DNA from: Ranitomeya imitator
Taxonomy: Eukaryota
Direction of reading: 5' to 3'
Length of the DNA stretch: 64,000 bases
Assembly (NCBI RefSeq): GCF_032444005.1
Contig: NC_091283.1
Span: forward strand, 775,620,001 to 775,684,000
How positions within the stretch are numbered: position 1 is the stretch's first letter; every line of letters begins with the position of its first letter. Position numbers and translations under genes: made by a program. The notes beneath the pieces were generated by a model. That model was not told where the DNA came from. It did not search any database and worked only from the letters and a program-made list of their open reading frames with translations. Below, one piece after another: positions 35,756 to 49,179 of this stretch.

Positions 35756-36247
35756 AGAGGGGGGGAGGGGGAGAGAGGGGGGGAGAGGAGGGGTGNNNNN
35801 NNNNNNNNNNNNNNNNNNNNNNNNNNNNNNNNNNNNNNNNNNNNNNNNNNNNNNNNNNNNNNNNNNNNNNNNNNNNNNNNNNNNNNNNNNNNNNNNNNNN
35901 NNNNNNNNNNNNNNNNNNNNNNNNNNNNNNNNNNNNNNNNNNNNNNNNNNNNNNNNNNNNNNNNNNNNNNNNNNNNNGAGGGGGGAGAGAGGGGGGGGAG
36001 AGAAGGGGAGAGAGGGGGGGGAGAGAGGGGGGGGAGAGGAGGGGAGGGGGGGGTGAGGGTGGAAAGGATATAAGGTGGGTATTTTTTAGGTAGGTTCGGG
36101 TCTATCTAGATAAGTTCGGAACCGGAGGGATAATCTATGTTGTTACTATATGAAATAGACAAACCCACGTATCGTGGTATATCCAGCAGTAGGCTGTGAT
36201 ATGGTATTACAGCCAAATCAAGTGTTCAGTTAACCATCAGCTATCAG

Positions 36248-37216
36248 TCAAGTAATTTGTGTGCGTTGGCTCCTAGTTATAGGAGCAGTTTGCCAGTCCC
36301 TGGCCGGACGTGGTTTTCTTTGTGGTTGTGGTGGCTGGGAATCAGTAAATGGCAATCCAGCTTTTTCAAGGGCCTTTTTGCCTTCTTCTAGCGAACGGCA
36401 TATATGTAACTCATTTCCTAGAGTGAAGGACAGAGAAAATGGAAAGCCCCAACGGTATTTGACTTGTGCCGTTTGTAATGCTGAAGTAACTGGCTTTAGG
36501 GCTCTTCTGCGGAACAGTGTGGCTGGAGCAATATCTGAAAAAAGACGTACAGCGTCTGGTAGGCCAGGTAGTGTGGAGAGCGGTCTTGCAGCATTTAAGA
36601 TGAGGTCTCTGGTCTCCTCATGTTGCATTTTGAGGACTACATCTCTGGGAATGTCTGGGGTTCTCGGCCTGCCCAGAGACCTATGAACCCTTGTGATGTG
36701 CATTAGAGAGGGGTCCACATCTGGTAAAAGAGCTGTGAACAGTGTGGCAATTGTGTCTTTTAATGCTGTGAAAGACTCTGGTAGACCACGTACCCTGATG
36801 TTTCCTCTGCGTGACCTGTTCTCTAAATCCTCACTCCTTAGCTCAAGGTCCATTATACGGTCCGCATGGTGCTTGAGGGTCTCCTGGTCCTCCTCCAAGG
36901 CCTCTGCTGTGGCGTCCATCTTCTCTTCAAGATGCGTTGTGCGCTGTATAATGTCCTGCAGCTGGGTGGTAATGCTCTGCATAGCGGTGGTGAGCTCAGA
37001 ACGGAAAGTCTCCTGGAGGGTTTTAGTTAACGCTGCAGTGGCAATGACAGCGTCTCCTCCATTATCTGAATCCTCCTCACCAGCTCCTGCACTGGGCTGC
37101 GAGGATGGGGTGGGAGCAAGAATAGATGCGGCAGCCATTTTAACAGCGCCGCTGCCCGCCAAGAACTCTGTTATCGGGCGACCCACCGACTGACCAGCTC
37201 CCCCCTTCTTGGGCAT
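36248..37216 (-). CDS. L1 ORF1 protein, 322 aa, intact
   Basis: Coiled coil followed by LENRSRRGNIRVRGLPE, RVHR, PRDV and YRWGFPF motifs of vertebrate L1 ORF1p. Confidence 0.85.
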   Translation of the reverse strand: MPKKGGAGQSVGRPITEFLAGSGAVKMAAASILAPTPSSQPSAGAGEEDSDNGGDAVIATAALTKTLQETFRSELTTAMQSITTQLQDIIQRTTHLEEKMDATAEALEEDQETLKHHADRIMDLELRSEDLENRSRRGNIRVRGLPESFTALKDTIATLFTALLPDVDPSLMHITRVHRSLGRPRTPDIPRDVVLKMQHEETRDLILNAARPLSTLPGLPDAVRLFSDIAPATLFRRRALKPVTSALQTAQVKYRWGFPFSLSFTLGNELHICRSLEEGKKALEKAGLPFTDSQPPQPQRKPRPARDWQTAPITRSQRTQIT

Positions 37217-37858
37217 TATCAGCCGCTGGACTCACGGGTAAGATGGGTGTCTGCTCGTTATGGAATCCCCCCGGCTCCGGTGCTCGGCGAGGGTATAATC
37301 AGGCGCCGGGCTGCGGAGCTCAGCAGAGCGCGTCTTGCTCCATCAGAGTCCGCGCATGCGCCTCATTACGGTAAGTTTTTAAAACGTATCTAATAAAGTG
37401 ATGAAATTGTATTTCTATTCCAAAATGCTAATCCCTACATTCTGCTATCAAAGCAACCTGGGCTTCCATAACACCTCAGCAGTGCCACAGGCTGATTGCC
37501 TCCATGCCACGCCGCATTGATGCAGTAATTGATGCAAAAGGAGCATTGACCAAGGACTAAGTGCATTTACTGAATATACATTTCAGATTTTAAAATCATT
37601 TTGCAAGCTGGTGTTATAAAGTATTCTAATTTACTGAGATAATGACTTTTGGGTTTTCATTGGCTGTAAGCCATAATCATCAATATTAACAGAAATAAAC
37701 ACTTGAAATAGATCCCTCTGTAATGACTCTATATTATGAGTTTTACTTTTTGTTTAGAAGAACTGAAATAAATTACCGTAACTTTTTGATGATATTCCAA
37801 TTTTGTGAGAATCACCTATATTATATATAATAATTGCAGTTTCTTGTTGTGTGGGCAC

Positions 37859-38110
37859 TAGTGATGAGTGAATGTGCTCGTATAACCTGTTATCCGAGTA
37901 TCTTCTTTGTGCTCGGATAATATGCTCGGGGCCCTGCAGCTGCATGTATTATAGCTGTTAGCGGCAACATGTGCAGGGATTCCCTAATAGACAGGCAATC
38001 CCTGCATGTGTTCAGTCTTAACAGCCACAAATCATGCAGCCGCGGGGGTCCGAACATAATATACGAGCACGCCCAAGATACTCAAATAACGTGATATTCG
38101 CTCATCGCTA
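37859..38110. mobile_element. hAT MITE
   Basis: tagtgatgagtgaa...ttcgctcatcgcta; 8-bp TSD gtgggcac / gtgggcat. Confidence 0.85.
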
Positions 38111-39659
38111 GTGGGCATCCGTGTTCTACAGCGCCACCATATCCCAAATATTTGTAATAAAGTTTTGGTTTTTTTTTAGTTTTCAGATCCTTGTCCTAAC
38201 TTTCTTTATGACCACAGGTTCAGTGTTGTTTTTTTGGTATACACTTTTAAAGAAGACTGAATCCTAAGCTCTGTGTTGGATAAGCAAGTCCATTTTCTCT
38301 GTACAAGTCATAAGTCAATGCAAAAGTCCCTGGCAAGGGGAGGAAGAAGCAGCTGGGTCAGAAGTTGAAGGGGGGAATGATTTCTGCAGGGACAGGAGAC
38401 TTCCTGTTTCTACATAGAGCAGAGAAAAGAGAATAATTAACTGGGTAGAAAGGCAAAATGAGCAATTGTAAGTACACAGTGCTGTATAATATGATGACTG
38501 CAATATATTAAGAGGATAAAAACGTTGATGGGAGGAGTGCTTTTTTTAATAGCGCAGTATTTTAGGTGTGCCAATTATCACATGCATGTCACTATTTATA
38601 GGGACTTTGAAATGCAGATTAGGATTGCAGCTCCTCATAGTTCTTGACCATTATCTGGGTGAGACTTATAAGTTTTTCATTCATTACATGTTTTGCATAA
38701 TATATGTACCACATGTTGTACGGAAAAAAAGGCTTTAACTTTATTTTACCTCCTGCTTCCTTATTAGTGCCATAATGTGAAATACTATGTAATAAACTAT
38801 TCTTTAGACATTAGGTGTAGCATGTTAACGGCAAAGGTTAACGAACACATGAGCTTGCTGCTGTTACCTTCTCATCTTGAGAACATGCAGGCCAGGGTAT
38901 GATGTCTGCCAGCCTCTCTCCCTGGCACTCCTTCTGGCATATGCCCAGTGTCTCGGTGGATGTACAGCTCTGCACATGGATGGATCATAAACATATGACA
39001 CAGGGATCCAGCTGCATTCTTGTGTTAGGAATATTTGGTGACCATGAGGTTCCCTCTTGTTACACATTTTTCTCCTCCCAGCAGTCTTTAGTTCACTCAT
39101 AGTCCGCAATAGATTTATCTGATGTAAATGATACTTGGCGTGGAGGGGGATGCAGCTGCAATGCCACAACAAGATGTGTGAAGTCTAGGGGCCGACATAC
39201 CACTTGTACCACCTGTTAGCTTCACAGGACTTCTAATGAAGGGGAAAGGGATGAAACCGAGCTCCAGCTAGAAGTTTAGAGAAGGGAGGATCAGATGTAG
39301 TTTTACATTATGTCATGGCAAAATATAATAAGGCATATTTATCAATGCTCTCTAATTCTTAGACAGTGCAGACTTGAACTAGTCTAAATGTGAATCTGTC
39401 ACCTGGTTTTCCCTAGTCCATCTATGGGCAGCATGATCTAGGTACAGAAACCCTGATTGCAGCAATGTGTCACTTACCGGGCTGCTTGCTGTAGATTTAC
39501 CAGGTCTCTGAATGCGGAGCCTTGTATAACACTGTGTCTATAACTAACTGATCTGACCTCCAATCAGCTGTCAGGATAGAGCCTGAAGATTGTGTTATAG
39601 AGCATGTACATGTGGATTGTAGTGAGCTATTTACTGGCATCTGTGTGTAGTATGCATCT

Positions 39660-41122
39660 AATGCATCAGTGACGTCTGCGCGGTATGTGACTAGTGTATT
39701 AGCGTCACCTGTTTGCGGTATGTGTTTTGTATGTTAGCGGCCTATGTATGCGGTATGTATCTAGTGTGTTAGTGGCATCTGTGTGTGGTATGTGTCTAAT
39801 GTATTACTCTCGTCTGTGTGCGGTATGTGTCTAGTGTATTAGTGACATCTGTGTGCGGTATGTGTCTAGTGTATTAGTGACATCTGTGTGCGGTATGTGT
39901 CTAGTGTATTAGTGACATCTGTGTGCGGTATGTGTCTAGTGTATTAGTGACATCTGTGTGCGGTATGTGTCTAGTGTATTAGTGACATCTGTGTGCGGTA
40001 TGTGTCTAGTGTATTAGTGACATCTGTGTGCGGTATGTGTCCTGTGTAAGTGACATCTGTGTGCGGTATGTGTCCTGTGTTAGAGGCATCTGTGTGCGGT
40101 ATGTGTCTAGTGTATTAGTGACATCTGTGTGCGGTATGCGTCCTGTGTTAGAGGCATCTGTGTGCGGTATGTGTCTTGTGTTAGAGGCATCTGTGTGCGC
40201 TATGTGTCCTGTGTTAGAGGCATCTATGTGCGGTATGTGTCATGTGTTAGAGGCATCTATGTGCGGTAAGTGTCCTGTGTAAGTGGTGTCTATGTGCGGT
40301 AAGTGTCCTGTGTAAGTGGTGTCTATGTGCGGTAAGTGTCCTGTGTAAGTGGTGTCTATGTGCGGTAAGTGTCCTGTGTAAGTGACGTCTGTGCGCGGTA
40401 TGTGTCCTGTGTTAGAGGCATCTGTGTGCGGTATGTGTTCTGTTAGTGGCATCTATGTGCAGTATGTGTCCTGTCTTAGTGGCGTCTGTGTGTGGTATGT
40501 GTTCTGTTAGTAACATCTGTGTGCGGTATGTGTCCTGTGTAAGTGGCATCTATGTGCGGTATGTGTCCTGTCTTAGTGGCGTCTGTGTGTGGTATGTGTT
40601 CTGTTAGTAACATCTGTGTGCGGTATGTGTCCTGTGTAAGTGGCATCTATGTGCGGTATGTGTCCTGTCTTAGTGGCGTCTGTGTGTGGTATGTGTTCTG
40701 TTAGTAACATCTGTGTGCGGTATGTGTCCTGTGTAAGTGGCATCTATGTGCGGTATGTGTCCTGTCTTAGTGGCGTCTGTGTGCGGTATGTGTTCTGTTA
40801 GTAACATCTGTGTGCGGTATGTGTCCTGTGTTAGTGGCATCTATGTGCGGTATGTGTCCTGTCTTAGTGGCATCTGTGTGTGTTATGTGTCTAATGTATT
40901 ACTCTCGTCTGTGTGCGGTATGTGTCTAGTGTGTTAGTGACATCTGTATGCGGTATGTGTTCTGTTAGTGACATCTGTGTGCGGTATCTGTCCTGTGTTA
41001 GTGGCATCTATGTGCGGTATGTGTCCTGTCTTAGTGGCGTCTGTGTGCGGTATATGTTCTGTTAGTGGCATCTGTGTGCGGTATGTGTCTAGTAGATAAG
41101 TGGCGTCTGTGTGCGCTATGTG
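39660..41122. repeat. 33-35-bp minisatellite (tgtgtgcggtatgtgtctagtgtattagtgacatc)
   Basis: About 40 units with variant subarrays and a three-unit higher-order repeat at ~40440-40860. Confidence 0.9.
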
Positions 41123-43556
41123 GAGAAATTAAACGGGAGAACTACTGAAAGGGTGCACAGGTAGGTTCCCACACCATGGCACTCAACTTAAGTGTGAACA
41201 GCTCGACATTTATTTGTAGTATCAGTAAAACTTTTCGGTCATAAGGGACCTTTCTCAGTTATGTACTGGTAGTTTGGAAGCGAGAATACTGATATTTGAT
41301 CAGACTGTATCCTGATCACATGCTCTTTGGTGATATTAGGCAAGATTATCCATCTGGTCAGATGGAGAGGGGTGAGATATTGTACAAAGCTTGGCTTGCT
41401 GTGGGTCCTATATGCGACGTGGAATCCACCGCTTGTTGATGAGGTGAAGAGTCTCTACATAAAGCCTATGTGGCAGCTCCTTGCTGATCCCCCTTGGCGC
41501 TGCTAACTGAAGTCATCTGTTCCCTCTCAGCCAAAGATACTGCCATCTTCATTGGCTCCTTGGGGCATTTGGTGGCCGCTGGTAAATGGTACTCTCATAG
41601 TAGAGCTTTGATCTAGAATGACTCGTTACATGTGCGGTAAAGCTGCACTTATGGATAGAGTCATTATCTGTAAATGGATTATTCTCTCCTAATGAGGAAA
41701 CCAGTGGGGAAAAAATGAAAAGCGCCTAAAAGTACATTTGGCATGGTTTTTTGCCCATGGTTTGTCCGCGTTTCCTGAGGCTGCCATTGATGGAGCCATT
41801 AGAGCTCTTTAGTGACTTGTGCTGGGCTCCAGGATGACATCGGGGGACGGATTACTTGGCGGCTGTTCATTCTATAGATGCTATGAGCATAATACAAACC
41901 TGTGGCTTTATAGCTGCCTTCCACGGATTCTACAAACCATATTTTACATGGACTCACCTGGAGAGCAGTGATTCCACACAGTTTTTAACAACACTGCAGA
42001 TTTCTTTTCTGACTGTGGAAAGCGCATTCATTGTGTAATGGAATGTTCAGGTCTCTACTATACTTCCCATTTCCGTTCATCATTATCATATAGTTTGCCT
42101 GAAATCCCGATCATCTGCTGCTCACATAAGTGCCCAGCTCATTAATTGTGAAAGATCTGTATGGATGCGTGTGGGCAGCACATTTTCAGCTTTTCTCCCA
42201 CTGACAGAACGCAGAGGTCTTCAAAAAAAAGGGATTGAAGAAAAAATAAGTTGCATACCTTGTCAGAAATGAAAAGGGGTCACCAAAGTTGTTAAACGTG
42301 AAGACCCGTTTAGAGCATTTTTCAAGACTTTATTTTATCATAAGGACAGGTCATCAGTATCGCATCTGTGGGGTGTCCTTACTTCTCCTTACATAGTGTT
42401 GTGGTCCTGAATAATTATACTGTGCATGTCTACCATTCTCTAGAAAAGGACAGAGCCACAGTAGCACTCATGGCCACTACATGATGTATGAAGCTGTGCT
42501 AAGCTGTCACCTTCAGTGAGCTGATTAGTGTGGGGATCCAGAGCCAGACCCCACCGACTGGGGGTGGACATAGCAGTGGTGCAATCTCACAAGTGCCCAA
42601 GAATGGGGGCCGACTTACACTTCCAAAGTAGCACAAAAAGGGGTGCATTATGGTGACCTATCTTACTGAAAACGGCCCAAATACTGTTCTTGCACAGGAG
42701 CCCTCTTCTGTCGCTGCTCATCCCTGCCACTGACCTTATCGTTATTATAAGGATATGTGATCAGTAGTTAAGTCCTGAAAAATTAGTCCAAGGTAACCAT
42801 ACACCTTAGATAGCGATTGACAGCTATTTCTCCCAATTTTCACATAGATATGCACTCTCGTTTCAATTGAGTGTGCACATGTGGGACAGTTGAGTAAATT
42901 TCTTCCAAGCGTGGCATATTTTCTTCAGAACTACAGTATAAGTATTGGACATTGAAATTCATCCATAATTTCCCTCGGGATCAATAAAGTGTATCGTATC
43001 GTAACATGCCCAATCTTTCTGTTTCTCAACTTAATCCGGTGGGGAAGTGATGAATGGCCTTTCTGCACATTAAGTAGTCATTGGATTTGGCAGACTTTTA
43101 TGCAAGGTGCATGTTGGTGCCTTTAGGCTAGGCTATGAATATTCAATCAGATGGTTTGGACTTCTGTCACCCCTGCAGCTGCTAGCCATGGCCAAGGTCT
43201 GCAGCCTCTTCGTAGTCTATATCGGGCTATACGCTGGTTCATTTAAAAGGGCCAAAGCTACAGCACCAGCCACAGGTGCTAAGAAAAGACCAATCTGGTT
43301 GTGGCGGGATGACAATTAATACAATCGTGCTTTCCCTATACAGTGTGCATCTAGTCGGCAGCTCATCCCGTTTACACGTGTGATCATTTAGTGGTCTTCA
43401 TCAACAAGCCAGTCAGTTGTTGAACAAGCATTTTGCTAGTCCTGTGGCTGAGCGGTGTCATGCTTGCATAGGTCGAGGATTGGTAGCAAGTGTTATTACT
43501 GCTCCGTGTAAATGGGTCTTAACACTTTGACGGTACTAAGCTGCTTTTAATCGAAT

Positions 43557-43839
43557 GCAGTACGGTGGCGCAGTGGTTAGCACTGCAGCCTTGCAGCGCT
43601 GGGGTCCTGGGTTCTAATCCCACCTTGGACAACATCTGCAAAGAGTTTGTATGTTCTCTCCGTGTTTGCGTGGGTTTTCTCCGGGCACTCCGGTTTCCTC
43701 CCACATTCCAAAGACATACTGATAGGAATTCTAGATTGTGAGCCCCATCGGGGACAGTGATGATAATGTGTGCAAAAATTGTAAAGCGCTGCGGAATATG
43801 TTAGCGCTATATAAAAATAAAGATTATTATTATTATTAT
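43557..43839 (+). mobile_element. Full-length tRNA-derived SINE
   Basis: A box tggcgcagtgg, B box ggttctaatcc, body, L2-like 3' end and (ATT)n tail. Confidence 0.88.
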
Positions 43840-44685
43840 GCAGTTACCGACATCAGAAAATGTGATTTCGCGCTACAAAATTTCAGCTGTGGTCAGCCGA
43901 GACCAGATGTGTATGGCACAATTTGCTGGTTGCTTGCCAGTCACATTGCATAGTCGTATTTAATAATGGTTTGATCTCTACTTTTAGGTGGGCACAGTGA
44001 AGGTTGGATCGTGCAGATCCAATGGACAATTCATGTACCATCTGATCCCAAAAAAGTGTATGTGTATGGTAAGCTATGGAGAGATGTGAAGGGGTAGTTT
44101 ATGGGAAGCTACTGGAGAGCAGAGCCCATGCACTGTAGGTCTTCCACCAGGACCCTCTGATCTTCATCCAGCCCTTGTCCAGTCAGTATCCGTGCCGGAG
44201 ATCTGAGGAACTTGGCTTCACCATTTCAATGTTATCAAGGTGCTGGAGTGCTCAAAGGCAATATCCTGTGGCTTATGTTTTTGCTCACTTTCCGCTGATT
44301 GGGGTCTTTGTGATGAGCAGCAAAACTTTGTTGATCCTCGTATGATAATCAAAGATCTCAAAGCGTTTCATTACACTTCAAAGGGTCTTTATCGGGACTC
44401 TTTGTCTTAATCTTTATTCCCACATGGGACCTGTTGCTGAGGTCCTTTGAAGTCTAGCAATAACATTGTGTCCCAGGGGCAGGCTTGTGGTGGCTGCATT
44501 AATTTTCCATTTGTTGTTTTTCTTTTTTTTTCTGCATGCATGCGTTTTTATGATTTTAGGGGTAAGCTTAGGGTCAGCTATATCATGTACGGTACATATA
44601 TTTATATATAAGCAAATGTGCCTTCATAGTAAATAGCATTACCCTACATTTTGTAGATCGTGTGTTCTTTTTGACACGTCTTAAA

Positions 44686-44900
44686 TATTATTATTTATTA
44701 TTATAGCGCCATTTATTCCATGACGCTTTACATGTGAGGAGAGGTATACATAATAAAGACAAGTACAATAATCTTAAACAATACAAGTCACAACTGGTAG
44801 AGGAGGAGAGGACCCTGCCCGCGAAGGCTCACAATCTATCAGGGATGGGTGAGGATACAGTAGGCGAGGATAGAGCTGGTCATGCAGCGGTTTGGTCAAA
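44686..44900 (-). mobile_element. L2-type 3' end fragment
   Basis: (ATT)n-like tail and atagcgccatttattccatgacgctttaca resemble the L2 3' end at 9791-9960. Confidence 0.55.
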
Positions 44901-45846
44901 TAGCCAAAGTATATAACATAAGTACGGTAAGTCTTTCCTGGAAAGTGATAAATGTATAAAGTTTTAGGGTAAATTTCCTTTAGCCTAAACCTTGTGTTAT
45001 AGTGCAATTGACATGGAGTTCCACAGTTTTCACGGATTGCACTCATACCTATGATGTTTTCTGGGGCTGTGCACATGTCCGATTTTTTTTTTTCACTTGG
45101 ACTCAGTGGTCCACAGAAAGTATCCAGAGACATGTCTGGTCAAAATCGGCAATGCAAGTATTTAAAAAAAAAAAAATCAGTCCGGTCTCAATTTTCATGG
45201 CCTGTTGCAAAGGAGAAGGTGGAGAAACGTTTTTTTTCTCCGCATATGAGAAAAACTGATGGCACTCGGACCACACTCTGATCAAACTATGATGTAGGTC
45301 TGATTTCAATAATCAGTCAGTTTTTCTCAATTTCTACACACGTTTTCAACCATATTTGTGTTGATCCTTATTAAAGGGATTTCCTCGTTTTATAAACTGT
45401 TGTGGAAAATAGGAAGACTTCCCATCGAGGAGATCGTCAGCAGTAGTGGAAGAATTGTTAATCCATTTATTGATCACAATCCGTTCCCTTGTTGAAATCA
45501 CAAATGTCTTATCCCAAGGTACGGTAATGTATTCTCCGTGGTAATAAAAATAAAAATAGAATCATAAATTGAGTAGAAATCCTTTGACTACTGTCGTCAT
45601 TCTCCTTGTTGGGGAGCGGTGTCGGGGACTGGTTTCTGCTTTTCTCCACAACTGACTCTTTGCTGGAGTATGTTCTGCCAATACTGGAGAATGCCACGCC
45701 ATTGTTTATGGTGGTTTAGTGCCATCCTTTATTTGATGAATATTTCCCTAAATAAAGAAAAATACCCCAAACAGCAGTAATAGGGGAATTCTAGTAATAG
45801 ACATCGAATTCTGTAGCAGTGGATGTGTAGTTGGCGGCATCACTGT

Positions 45847-46062
45847 GATAATAATAATAATCTTTATTTTTATATAGCGCTAACATATTCCGCAGCGCTT
45901 TACAGTTTGCACACATTATCATCGCTGTCCCTGATGGGGCTCACAATCTAGATTCCCTATCAGTATGTCTTTGGAATGTAGGAGGAAACCGGAGAACCCG
46001 GAGGAAACCCACGCAAACACTGGGAGAACATACAAACTCCTTGCAGATGTTGTCCTTGGTGG
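45847..46062 (-). mobile_element. 5'-truncated SINE (same family as 43557)
   Basis: Reverse complement of the SINE body and tail. Confidence 0.85.
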
Positions 46063-49000
46063 GGGTCCCTTATAATCATGCCTCTGCCCCCTTATGTACA
46101 CCCTACTTTGAATACTCTTATAAGGGAGAACTTCAGGTGGCTCAGTCCACTTATTAGAAATTTTGTCCATTTGGTCCTAATGAAGCAAGAAAGGAAAAAA
46201 AAAAATTTACAGTGCTATTATGGATAATATTAACTTCAGGAGGAGTAGGTGGAGAATATTGCTCCTGAATCTAAAATGCGTTTACTCTGGCCGATAATCA
46301 TGAACGAGCGTTCATCAGGTGGAATGGTTTTTGAGCTTGCTTAAAAAATCATTGTTCTCTGCAGCACATGATCCTGTATATACAGGACCTGCGCTGCCGA
46401 GGACAATAAAAGTCTCTGTACACGGGAGCGAGGTATAAGCGATCATACTGTGCCCATGGGAAGTGCAATTGACCTGTGTAAATATTTAACTACCCCCATT
46501 GTCTCCTGTAGCTCCCACCCTAAGGCATCATTTAGATGAGCCAATGATCCGTGAAGGAGCATGCATAATAAGAGTGCTTGTTGCTGATTATAGACCTGTC
46601 TACAAATGCCCAATGAACGAGCAAAACGCATGTCTGGTGCAATGATTTATAAGCTAGCGTAAAAGTCATCATTCTTGGCAGCACGTTTTTTGTGTAAAGA
46701 TAACTGATAACATATTTTATGCCCAGAACTATCGTACTAATGATCTGCATGATATTGCGGTCAGCCAGTAAGTGACCTGCATGTAGCTGCCTGACGATCG
46801 TTACCTGGGCCGCTTTAAGCCAAGCTTTATAATCCTTTTTCATGTTCAGGTTTATTTTTCGCTTTGTTCACATCGCCTATATTTGTGATTGAATGATGGT
46901 TGGTACGTTCCTTCATTCACGTAGTGTTATTTGTCGGCAGGCCATCCCCTGCTTAGACGGGCTATGTGCTGCCAAGGAGGATCTTAATTTCATTTCATTA
47001 TAGACTGCATACATTTATTAAATGGATCTCGCAGACCTGTTGAGGCTGGTATACTTATCTAGAAAAAATAATCTGTGTTTTCTAACTTTAACAAGTGGAG
47101 TTCTTTCAACTTTTCCTGAAAAAGCGACCTTTCATTATTGCACATCCGTGCGGCAATGTGACAATTTTATGTCATTGCTGTTTTATTTTGCTTTTGCAGG
47201 TGCTACTTGGCATTGAGCGGTGCTCCTTAGCTGTCATAATTTTTCATGTGAATTGTATCAAGAGCCGCTGTGCATAAACAGACCCAGTAAACACTGTGGA
47301 TTAGCCCAATCAGAATCTAATAGAAGAATGCCAGGCACTGCATGAAAGCCGACACGAGGCCGCTCCAGTACGGCTGCTGCCATTTCTACACTCTTACCTA
47401 TAGAATAGTTTACATAAATGCTGACATTGTTTTCTCTTGAAGGATTACTTCAGTAGTCCTCAAGGAATGTTCATATTCGCAGCTTGAAAACCCGTCTTTA
47501 TCGGAGCGCTTCGACTTTCTGCTGTTGAAACTACCTATCATTATTCTGTTAGGCTCATTTTCTACTTGAAAACAATTTTTTCCCTCGCTGCTGAAAAAAG
47601 TAATCATCAGCTTGGCAATCATAACCTGCCCTCTCCATTATAATTCCCATAAATAAGAGGAAAGCGTGCCGGACTCATTATTCTCAAATATTTCTATGCC
47701 AGACTTAGTTTAGGACTTGATATTAATGGGGCAATATGTCAGTCTTGGATGCAGAATTGTTCCCCAGCAGTCCCCCTACATCAGCTTATCAATGTAGAAA
47801 AGCACCACATATGTAGAGACAGATAACACTACATGACCAGAGGGATGACAACACGTCAACATCATTCTAAACCTAAGTGCGATAACGAGCTTTTCCTTTT
47901 TCTCTATGAAAGACTCCACTTTTCTTGAAAGAATTTGTTAAAGGGCTCTTTACACTCCTGGGGTCAGTCACTGAAACGATCACTGCCCAGTGTACAAACG
48001 TCGCGCCATCGAAGGACGGACGACTAGTTGCTCTTCTGACATTGATCATCATCATTAGTTGGCAGCACCTTCCCTCAGATTAATATGGGATGTGCTAATA
48101 GGCGTAGTTCGGGGTTCAGCACAAGGCCAGCAGAACACATCTGAGTAGGCCCCTACCTTAGGTAACTATTTTATAATAATAATAATAATTACAACTATAT
48201 ACAATTATAACTATTTTTACAAATATGTAGGCTCTTGCTAATTATTGTGGGTGAAGAGGATTCTCTGAGAACTGATTGACAAAGATATATTATATTTATA
48301 TGTAGCGACTTATAGTTGCCGTCCTTTCTGATGGAGTCATTCACTTTTCCGATATGTTCCCTTTTTATCCATCTGGCCCTTACCGCCATGACAACTTCTT
48401 CCAGCCACTACTCATTTGTAGAGTTTTTAACAAAAACACATTTGAATTCTGACTTTTCCAACTCACTTGTACAAACTCCTCATCCTGGTGATACGCCAAA
48501 GCTGAGTCTCCTGCTGCCGTGTTTGTCCCTGTAAGGTCGCACGGCCTTCGATTCTCTAATACGATAGAATCAATCCGATTATGCTAATGTCACTCGGATC
48601 AAACTGTCAGAGTTTAATCGGAGTGTCGTGTGAGTGTGATCCAAACCACAGCACACTCTGTGTACGCGGTAATCGGATTGCACTTAGATGACATCCGAAT
48701 GCAGTCCGGAGTGTCACACACAACCATAGACTTGTATGGGTGCATGTGAGCCGATCATCGGAGGCCCCCACAGCATGCTGCAATTGTTTTCTTATCCCAA
48801 ATCGACATGGGAAAAAATAACGCAGATCTGCATTGCCCTGTAGTATAACATTGGGCCAAGTGCTATCCAATAAAACACCGCATAGCATTCAGCCGTGTTA
48901 TACAGTCGCGTGAGCGAACTCTTACTGGACCTGCTGCGTGGGCCAAAAACAGTGTGCCTTTTAGTGCCCATTTCATAGTAACCACTCACACTGTGCTCTA

Positions 49001-49179
49001 GAGACAGAATTGCCTCCTAGAAAATATTAATGTCCTCTGTGCATTCTCTTAAAAATTAAATGTACTTACCCCCTACACATAAACATTTTGTTGGACACCA
49101 CAGCTCCCCACAAAATACAATGGCTCCACAAACGGCTCCCCACACGCTGAATAAAGCCCTCCACATGGTGTAATGACAA

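Larger units (their letters stand above)
34228..37366 (-). mobile_element. L1 LINE, complete ends, apparently lacking EN/RT
   Basis: 14-bp TSD tacggtaagttttt (34214-34227, 37367-37380) at a TTTT/AA site; aataaa plus A-rich tail; GC-rich 5' end; N gap at ~35796-35977. Confidence 0.85.

Noticed and set aside
35721-36056. ORF spanning the N run
   Set aside because: Artefact of an assembly gap in GA-rich DNA.
38860-39172. Possible minus-strand exon ending at AAG|GTAACA
   Set aside because: No clear acceptor and no recognisable protein in any frame.
43557-43630. tRNA gene
   Set aside because: The A and B boxes belong to a SINE head that continues into SINE body and tail; no full cloverleaf.
47395-47630. 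Possible exon with a GTAAGA donor
   Set aside because: The frames I tried hit stops before the donor; no recognisable homology.
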